From Nanobdellota archaeon (GTDB lineage Archaea > Nanobdellota > Nanobdellia > Pacearchaeales > GW2011-AR1), in contig JAKADZ010000003.1 in assembly GCA_021818475.1 (NCBI GenBank), positions 27,988 to 91,987 on the forward strand: a DNA stretch of 64,000 bases. The letters are read 5' to 3'. Positions 57,560-64,000 of this stretch are shown here, piece by piece. The notes under the pieces were generated by a model. The model was given only the letters and a program-made list of their open reading frames with translations, was not told the origin of the DNA and searched no databases. Numbering within the stretch: the first letter of the stretch is position 1; each line of letters starts with the position of its first letter. A program made the position numbers and the translations under genes.

Positions 57560-58245
57560 TTTATCTTGTTCTCATTTAACTCAGTATATTTTATTGTCTT
57601 TTCCATTGTTTTAACTGTTAAAGCAGGGTATTTGCCGATGGCGGTTTCTTCAGAAAGCATAACTGCATTAGAGCCGTCGATAATTGCATTTGCAATGTCG
57701 CTTATTTCTGCCCGTTCCGGAGATTTTGCTTTCACCATAGACAAAAGCATTTCGGTTGCGGTAATAACAAATTTTCTCTTTGCTTTTGCTTTCTTGATAA
57801 TTATCTTCTGTTCTATTGGAACTTTTTCATAGGAAATATTTTTTGCCAAATCTCCTCTCGCAACCATGACCCCATCACTTTCATTAATTATATCATCAAT
57901 ATTCCTGACTCCATCTTTGGTCTCTATTTTCGCAATAAGTTTTATTTTTTTCGGGGAGAATAATTTTCTTATCTTTCTTATTTCTTCTTTTCCAGAAGTA
58001 TATGATAACGCAATATAATCAAAATCCTGTTTTTTTATCCAATCAATTTTTTTTATGTTTTTTATGTCAAACATAATTTTGCAGTTTTTTAGTTTCTTAA
58101 TATTCCGGGTAATTTTTTCATATTGTTTTTCATTTCCATATTTTGTATTAACTCTGGCAATGCTCATGCCGTTTTTATACATCTCTTTAAGAACAGAAAA
58201 TTCAATACTCGCAGGTCCAATTGTTGCAATTATTTCGGTTTTCAT
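57556..58245 (-). CDS. pyk: pyruvate kinase, barrel-only short form
   Basis: IATIGPAS, AKIET, MVARGDL, ATEML, MLSEETAIGKYP. Confidence 0.85.
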   Translation of the reverse strand: MKTEIIATIGPASIEFSVLKEMYKNGMSIARVNTKYGNEKQYEKITRNIKKLKNCKIMFDIKNIKKIDWIKKQDFDYIALSYTSGKEEIRKIRKLFSPKKIKLIAKIETKDGVRNIDDIINESDGVMVARGDLAKNISYEKVPIEQKIIIKKAKAKRKFVITATEMLLSMVKAKSPERAEISDIANAIIDGSNAVMLSEETAIGKYPALTVKTMEKTIKYTELNENKIK

Positions 58246-58257
58246 ATCTTTTTATAA

Positions 58258-58533
58258 CTAAATGTGCAGGATTTTAAATTCCTTTAGGTCTTGAAATTTC
58301 TCGTCTTTAATTTCCACTTTATCTATTTTAGAATGCTTCGGTCCTTTCTGGCAAAACTCCACAATTTTGTCAACATCTTCCTGATTTCCTTCGGCAAAAA
58401 CTTCAACCCTGCCGTCTTCAAGATTTCTAACAAATCCCTTTACATTATTTCTTTCTGCATTATCCTTAATAAATTGCCTAAAAAAAATTCCCTGCACTGT
58501 TCCAGAAATATAAAGTCTTACTGATTTTTTCAT
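58258..58533 (-). CDS. acyP: acylphosphatase
   Basis: GTVQGIFFR, GFVRNLEDGRVE. Confidence 0.93.
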   Translation of the reverse strand: MKKSVRLYISGTVQGIFFRQFIKDNAERNNVKGFVRNLEDGRVEVFAEGNQEDVDKIVEFCQKGPKHSKIDKVEIKDEKFQDLKEFKILHI

Positions 58534-58657
58534 AATATAAAATAAATTTTTTAGTTTTTATATATTTACGCTAGATTCACTCGCTTTCCCCCTCGCCCCC
58601 TCAAAAACGGAAATTTTCTATCCCCTCTTTTTTCACAGAGAGTTTATTATTTTTTAT

Positions 58658-58719
58658 CAGCCATGAGCAGTATTTTAAAGGGAAATTCGTGCGGAAGAAA
58701 CCGATAATGTGTCGTCGCA
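58658..58719 (+). repeat. short repeat family B copy 6
   Basis: CAGCCATGAGCAGTATTTTAAAGGGAAATTCGTGCGGAAGAAACCGATAATGTGTCGTCGCA. Confidence 0.85.
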
Positions 58720-58805
58720 GTTGAACAAACACGTTAAATTTTTTTCAGAACGAAGCACTTTGACTTAGTCTTGTGTGGAGTAATTAAATTTGCGAAGCAA
58801 GAAAA

Positions 58806-59387
58806 TTAAATCCCTCTATAATCTAATTCGTTATTTACGACTGCAACTGTCTGCGATGCAAAATACATTTTGTTTCCAACAGAAACCATATTCGCAGCTT
58901 CTTTTAATCTTTTCAATTCTTTTTTAGGCAGCCCTTCATGATCCCCTAAAATAAAAACGCAATCTTCAGGAATTTTAACTTTTCTTATATCTTCTCCGCG
59001 TTTATCCAGTAAAAAAATTTCTTTTCCTTCATCAATCATTTCATCAATCAATTTCAAAAAACTTTTTTTCTCTATAAAACATCCCGGCAGGGCTTCTGTC
59101 TTTTTTCCTTCTTTATATTTATACAAAATTTTTCTTATAAGATTCCCCACATCTTTTTTGCTGATTTCAAGTTCATCTTTTATCTGAATTTCAATATGCT
59201 TCGGAGGGTCAGGCATCCCGTAAAAAACAAAATGGAATTTCATATCTTTTCTGAAACCATGAGATAAAAAAACTCCCTGAATAAAACTATGAATTGCAAT
59301 ATCCATTCTTCCAGCTTTCATTAAATCCTTGACATCAAAATTACCTGACGTTCTCGCACTTTGTGAAAAATATACAAATTCTCTCAT
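58806..59387 (-). CDS. trmY: tRNA (pseudouridine54-N1)-methyltransferase TrmY (SPOUT)
   Basis: AGRMD, LSHGFR, FILGDHEG, NNELD. Confidence 0.9.
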   Translation of the reverse strand: MREFVYFSQSARTSGNFDVKDLMKAGRMDIAIHSFIQGVFLSHGFRKDMKFHFVFYGMPDPPKHIEIQIKDELEISKKDVGNLIRKILYKYKEGKKTEALPGCFIEKKSFLKLIDEMIDEGKEIFLLDKRGEDIRKVKIPEDCVFILGDHEGLPKKELKRLKEAANMVSVGNKMYFASQTVAVVNNELDYRGI

Positions 59388-59558
59388 AGATAAAAGAAGA
59401 GTTAAGGAATTAAAAAGGTATCTTATTCCAAAAAAATTTAAACCCCCTTGTTTTATTTAATTCAAATAAGATGAATAAGAAATTTAAAAAAATTTTAATT
59501 AAATTATTACCGCAACTTCCCTAATTCTTTTTGGAGTCATCAAGAACTTAGAAAAATT

Positions 59559-59831
59559 ATGACTGAAGAAGCGTTAAATGCATTAGTAAAATCAAATTAT
59601 CTATTTGAAATAAAAATAGAACACTTTAATAAAAAGGTAAAATTAGATGGACAAGTATATGTTCCAAAAGACAACAGAAAGGTGGATTTAAAACAAGGAA
59701 TTGAACTAAATTATGGTTTAGGGCCAAATGCTTTAAGTATAATATATGCTTCTAGATTAGAAATTCTTACTTATTGGATTATTGCATTAACTCTTTCTAC
59801 TTTAATTTTTACAATACTCTCTATTTTTTGA
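59559..59831 (+). CDS. hypothetical protein with C-terminal TM (possibly frameshifted from ATG 59471)
   Basis: 90 aa ORF; promoter-proximal ATG at 59471 is out of frame. Confidence 0.45.
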   Translation: MTEEALNALVKSNYLFEIKIEHFNKKVKLDGQVYVPKDNRKVDLKQGIELNYGLGPNALSIIYASRLEILTYWIIALTLSTLIFTILSIF

Positions 59832-59833
59832 TT

Positions 59834-60706
59834 TTAATTTCTTATCTCCTGATAAACAAACATCGGCTTGCCGAATATCTTCCCGTCATCAACAACTCTG
59901 AACATTCCAATAAATTTATCTCCTGCAAATCCACAGACAATTTTATTTTTCTCTATCTTAATCTTTTTCATTAAATCTTTTTCATACAAGGGCTGGCCGT
60001 GAAGAATTCTTTCAATTGGTTCCTCTTTGATTTCTACAATTGGATAAAGTTCAGAAACAATTTCAGCTGGAATTATAATTTCTTTTAATAATTTATCATT
60101 ACCCTTAAAATACGCATCAGCTGCTTTTTCAAATTCTTCTTTTGTAACCATTTCTTTTTCTTTGAAAATTCCGGCACGAATTCTTTTCAGCCCAATCATA
60201 TGCGCACCGATTCCCATCTCTTCTCCCAAATCATGAACAAGTTTTCTTACATAAGTTCCTCCCTGACATTCAACTGAAAAAGAAATATCTTTACCTTCTT
60301 TTTTTAATAGTTCAAATTTTTTTATTTCTCTTTCTCTTTCTTGTCTTTTTACTCTAGAGCGGACAGGCGGAAGCTGAATAATTGTTCCCATAAATTTTTC
60401 ATCAATAACTCTTTTTATTTGTTCAAGAGAAACATCTTCGTGTATTCTCATCGTGCCAATATACTCTTTATCCTCTCCAATAAAAAATCCCGTTAACTTC
60501 GTGGCACGATTTGATGCAATCGGCAAAACTCCTGTAACCATAGGATCTAAAGTTCCGAAGTGGCTTGTTTTCCTTAATTTTAATTTTTTCCTCACAAAAT
60601 CAGAAACATCAAAACTGGTGCAATCAGCAGGCTTATCAAAATTTATAATTCCAAATTCCAAAAGTTCATTTATTGTTTTTTTATTTTTCAGTTTTTCAAT
60701 ATCCAT
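59834..60706 (-). CDS. cbf5: pseudouridine synthase Cbf5/TruB
   Basis: HFGTLDPMVTGVLP, QLPPVRSRVKR, GTYVRKL, PUA-like C-terminus. Confidence 0.93.
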   Translation of the reverse strand: MDIEKLKNKKTINELLEFGIINFDKPADCTSFDVSDFVRKKLKLRKTSHFGTLDPMVTGVLPIASNRATKLTGFFIGEDKEYIGTMRIHEDVSLEQIKRVIDEKFMGTIIQLPPVRSRVKRQEREREIKKFELLKKEGKDISFSVECQGGTYVRKLVHDLGEEMGIGAHMIGLKRIRAGIFKEKEMVTKEEFEKAADAYFKGNDKLLKEIIIPAEIVSELYPIVEIKEEPIERILHGQPLYEKDLMKKIKIEKNKIVCGFAGDKFIGMFRVVDDGKIFGKPMFVYQEIRN

Positions 60707-60841
60707 AAAAAAGAAAGAAGAAATGAGTTTATAGGGGTTTTGGAAGCCAGATAGTTTCTCACAAAATTCAAAAAAGAGGCGATAACAATAGACAAAAAAT
60801 TGCGGAGCAATTTTTTATGAAAAATAGCGCGCTTGCACGTG

Positions 60842-60917
60842 AATAATTTTATTTTTTTATGCAGCACTCTGTTTGCTAAAAAATATTTCTTTTAGAAAAA
60901 GAAAACAAAATTTGTTA
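60842..60917 (+). repeat. repeat family C, left arm of inverted pair
   Basis: AATAATT..GCAGCACTCTGTTTGCTAAAAAATATTTC..AAATTTGTTA matches reverse complement of 62924-63000. Confidence 0.8.
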
Positions 60918-60945
60918 GAGAATACTTATTTAATGTTTCATAAAA

Positions 60946-61662
60946 CTACTGAATAATTGAAGAATTTTTCTTTTCCTCTTTTAATTTTTCCTTTCTTATC
61001 TTTCTTAGCTCAGCCATTTTTTCTGTTGCATAAGAAAATGCATGAGGTTTCATATCAAGTCTTACAAGCAAAAATTCCCTGAGGCTTAACCGATTCTTTT
61101 TTCCGACTTCTCTTAACATCCAGCCTGCCCCTTTTTGCACATACATATCCTCATCATAAACTAATTTTTCAGCAAGTCTTAATGTTAATTCAATTTTATT
61201 TTTTTTAATAAGGGGATAAGTTGAAACAATGCTGATTCTCCTGATCCACGGACTTTTTGCCTCGCTCATCTTTTTAATTTCGCTCATAAGTTCAATTCGC
61301 TCGGCAAGCACAACTCCGAGAATATGAGTGGATAATTCATCAACTAAATCCCAGCTAGTTGCAAGGGAAATTTTATCTGATAAAAATTTCCAGACTTCAG
61401 TTGGATATTTTTTTACATAACTTCCAAGGAGATAAAGTGCGCAGTTCATTTCTTCATGATTTCCGCTTCCCCATAATTCCTCAATTAAATTAAGCGCAGA
61501 ATAAAATTCCATCTTCTGATATTCCTTCATGATTTTCCTCATGTCAGGAACTGTCAGTCCGTAAAAAGAATATTCTGATTTCAGATATTTCCTGCTGTGT
61601 TCTGCTCTTTCTTTATCCTGCAGGCTGAAAAGTTTGGCGCGGATTTGTTCAAGTTCAGGCAT
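60946..61662 (-). CDS. DNA alkylation repair protein (AlkD-like HEAT repeat)
   Basis: YGLTVP, SWDLVD, WIRR, VQKGAGWMLREVGK. Confidence 0.88.
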   Translation of the reverse strand: MPELEQIRAKLFSLQDKERAEHSRKYLKSEYSFYGLTVPDMRKIMKEYQKMEFYSALNLIEELWGSGNHEEMNCALYLLGSYVKKYPTEVWKFLSDKISLATSWDLVDELSTHILGVVLAERIELMSEIKKMSEAKSPWIRRISIVSTYPLIKKNKIELTLRLAEKLVYDEDMYVQKGAGWMLREVGKKNRLSLREFLLVRLDMKPHAFSYATEKMAELRKIRKEKLKEEKKNSSIIQ

Positions 61663-61731
61663 ATTATTCTATAACCTCTTTCTCCGAATCTTTCATTTCC
61701 CGTGAAAGTTCGCAAATTGTAATTTCCTGTT

Positions 61732-62811
61732 TCAATTTATTTCCTCCTCCTCTACTTCAATTCTGTCATGGGTTGGATATTCCTCGACTCTGAAAATTTT
61801 ATATTTTCCTTCTTTCAGTAATCTTCTTGCAACCTTTTCGGAAAGAATAGTCCTTTTCTTTTTTTCGTCATAAAAAACCCCTTTTAATTTAATTTTTTTT
61901 CGACTTCCTGTCGGGTTGCTGGAGTTGTGAAGAACCCGCTGGAGGTTCCCATTGATTACCAGATAAATAACAGTTCCCTCTTCTGTCCTTTTTCCATACG
62001 GAAGAATCTCATGTCTCTTAAGTCTGTTGGCAAACTGGCAGAGATTTTTCAAATCGGCAGTGCACAAATGAACTTTCAGTTTTATTTTTTTATCAGCCAA
62101 CTGATTTAAAATCCATTTCCCCGCTTCAAGACTTCCTGCGACAACATATCCTCCTTCTTCAAGTTCGTATTTTTTTGTTATTATGTCAAAATTTGTTTCT
62201 GATAATTCGAATTCATTCAGGTTAACAAATGAAATATATTTTTCAGTTCCGAAGATAAAATCTAATATCTCATGTTTTCTTTCAGGAATCATCGGCATCT
62301 CAAGTCCGATATTCCGCTTACCGAATATTTTTTCCGCCATTTCTATTTTTTTGATATCATCATCAACTTTGTTTTGGTTTATGAGGAACTCTGGGTGGAA
62401 TCTGACTTCATCGACGCATTTTTTTAATTTTTTTAATTTTTCTTCTGTGACCAATTGTGTCGGAAGGTAAATATGAATATGAAATTTTTTTCCGAATTTT
62501 TCTTTTAATGCAGAGGCAAATTTAATCGTTCTGCCAAAATAAATTAAAGGATCTCCTCCGGTGATTCCTGCAGAAGGGGCTCTGCTCTCTATCGCTTCCT
62601 GTATAATTTCATCGATATTTTTTACCTCGCGTTCATTTGCAAAAATTAAATTTTTGTTTTTTCTTTTTTTGCTTAATGAACAGTACCAGCAATTTTTTTT
62701 GCAGACTCCTGTTACGAAAAGAACTAATTTTTTTCCTTTCACGCAGTATTTGCATCCGTTTGCAACGCCGTTAACACAGAAAGAATCAAATTTTGTTTTT
62801 TTAGTTTTCAT
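61732..62811 (-). CDS. radical SAM protein of unknown function
   Basis: GCKYC, TGVCKKNCWYC, GITGGDP, EVRFHP. Confidence 0.88.
   Translation of the reverse strand: MKTKKTKFDSFCVNGVANGCKYCVKGKKLVLFVTGVCKKNCWYCSLSKKRKNKNLIFANEREVKNIDEIIQEAIESRAPSAGITGGDPLIYFGRTIKFASALKEKFGKKFHIHIYLPTQLVTEEKLKKLKKCVDEVRFHPEFLINQNKVDDDIKKIEMAEKIFGKRNIGLEMPMIPERKHEILDFIFGTEKYISFVNLNEFELSETNFDIITKKYELEEGGYVVAGSLEAGKWILNQLADKKIKLKVHLCTADLKNLCQFANRLKRHEILPYGKRTEEGTVIYLVINGNLQRVLHNSSNPTGSRKKIKLKGVFYDEKKKRTILSEKVARRLLKEGKYKIFRVEEYPTHDRIEVEEEEIN
61914..61948 (-). repeat. short repeat family D copy 2, in-frame in radical SAM gene
   Basis: Encodes NLQRVLHNSSN; 31/35 match to 6015-6049. Confidence 0.8.
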
Positions 62812-62923
62812 AATAATCTCAATTATCTTTGTTTTAAAAATTACTCGCTTCGCTCGTTTTATTTATCCCATCTTTTTTAACTGAATTTAATTAGTTTTTA
62901 TAACATTAAAATTGACGAAGATT

Positions 62924-63000
62924 TAACAAATTTCTGCTTCTCTTTTTAAGAGAAGTATTTTTTAGCAAACGAAGTGCCGCGTAAAAAAATAAGAATTATT
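62924..63000 (-). repeat. repeat family C, right arm of inverted pair
   Basis: Reverse complement AATAATT..GCGGCACTTCGTTTGCTAAAAAATACTTC..AAATTTGTTA. Confidence 0.8.
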
Positions 63001-63066
63001 GTGAGTTACTTTGGAACGAACGAAATTAAGAAGAATTGTAAAATTATTTTCTAAAAATTAATCTCT

Positions 63067-63651
63067 TTATTGTCCCTGACTTGCCTTGTTATAACTTACT
63101 TTCATATTCTTTTTCTCTTTTGGAGATTTTTCTTCAGTAGTATGTTTTGCTTCTTTAGCCTCGGCTTTTTCTATTTTCTGTTCTGATTCAACAACTGCTT
63201 CTTTTTTCTCTTCGGTTTCTTTCTTGTCTTCAACCCCGTTTTGGTCTTTGTCAGCTGCTTCTTCCTGAACCTTCTCAGCCTTTCTCTTCTTTGCAACTTC
63301 CTGACTTTGTGACTTTATTTTTTCTTCTCTCAATTTTTTGAATTTGATGTTTGTCGGCATTTCAACTGCTTCGACTCTAACAATTCCGTTTTCTTTTACT
63401 GCCTTGACTTTTATTTTTGCAGGAGGATTTCTTATTCCTCTGTTCCATACCATTTCATTAAGGAATTTGTCAAGCTTGACTTTATTCAAATCTCTGTCTT
63501 CAACTTTCATGTGTTTTGCCAAGAATTCTTTTATTGCCTTAACTGCCTTGTTTGCTTTTTTGTATCTTGGAACTTTGTTAGTTTGCTTTCTAAGTGGAAT
63601 AACATATTCTCTCTCAAGTTTTTTCTCGTCTGTTTTATTTTTTTTATTCAT
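63067..63651 (-). CDS. rpl31e: 50S ribosomal protein L31e with long charged C-terminal extension
   Basis: EREYVIPLR, KAVKAIKEFLAKHMK, WNRGIRNPP. Confidence 0.93.
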   Translation of the reverse strand: MNKKNKTDEKKLEREYVIPLRKQTNKVPRYKKANKAVKAIKEFLAKHMKVEDRDLNKVKLDKFLNEMVWNRGIRNPPAKIKVKAVKENGIVRVEAVEMPTNIKFKKLREEKIKSQSQEVAKKRKAEKVQEEAADKDQNGVEDKKETEEKKEAVVESEQKIEKAEAKEAKHTTEEKSPKEKKNMKVSYNKASQGQ

Positions 63652-63712
63652 TTTATTTTTCCTGTAGGTTTTCTACCACGTTAGGTTCTTTTTTCAAAAG
63701 AACCCACTTTTA

Positions 63713-64000
63713 CTATCCTAGATGCCACTTCCTTATCTTTCGTGGCTTGATATGTAATTTAGTTCTTCTCCATGAACGTTTGTATGCAGTCATAGCAGAA
63801 GGATGAATTCTTTTTCCTGCTCCGTATTTTTTCATAACTGCCCAGACAGGAGCCCATTTTGTCTGTCTTCCTGCGACAGCAAGTTTTGCTTTTTTCTCGT
63901 TAAGTCCTCTCTGTTTTTTTGGAACTTTGATTTTTTTAAGTTCAACAGGAGCCTGAATTTTTACTTCTGTCTTTTTTTCCTTTTTAGCAAATATTTTTTT
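63713..64000 (-). CDS. rpl39e: 50S ribosomal protein L39e with N-terminal extension (5' end off window)
   Basis: Manual translation ..KLAVAGRQTKWAPVWAVMKK..KRSWRRTKLHIK; L39e-L31e order. Confidence 0.85.
   Translation of the reverse strand, partial: KKIFAKKEKKTEVKIQAPVELKKIKVPKKQRGLNEKKAKLAVAGRQTKWAPVWAVMKKYGAGKRIHPSAMTAYKRSWRRTKLHIKPRKIRKWHLG

Overview
AT-rich archaeal chromosomal segment, most consistent with a DPANN/Pacearchaeota-like organism (fused PriS-PriL primase, archaeal r-proteins/Rpo12/aIF5A/PCNA, archaeosortase-family protein, S-layer gene, AMP phosphorylase, class II LysRS). It is mostly housekeeping genes plus a large surface block (S-layer, a cluster of pilin-like and Cys-rich proteins), a three-gene helicase module (DinG/XPD-like, SNF2, Zn-finger partner) and two tRNAs (intron-containing Ser-TGA, Pro-TGG). 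The most striking unannotated signal is at least four families of short (about 35-100 bp) structured repeats. One family has a covarying 10-bp stem capped by tandem G.A pairs. Copies sit in duplicated tRNA ends, in 5' leaders and in-frame inside proteins, preferentially in cleavable prepilin leaders, and no transposase is visible in the window. No CRISPR array, rRNA or IS element was seen. Family assignments come from motif recognition by eye, not from database searches.
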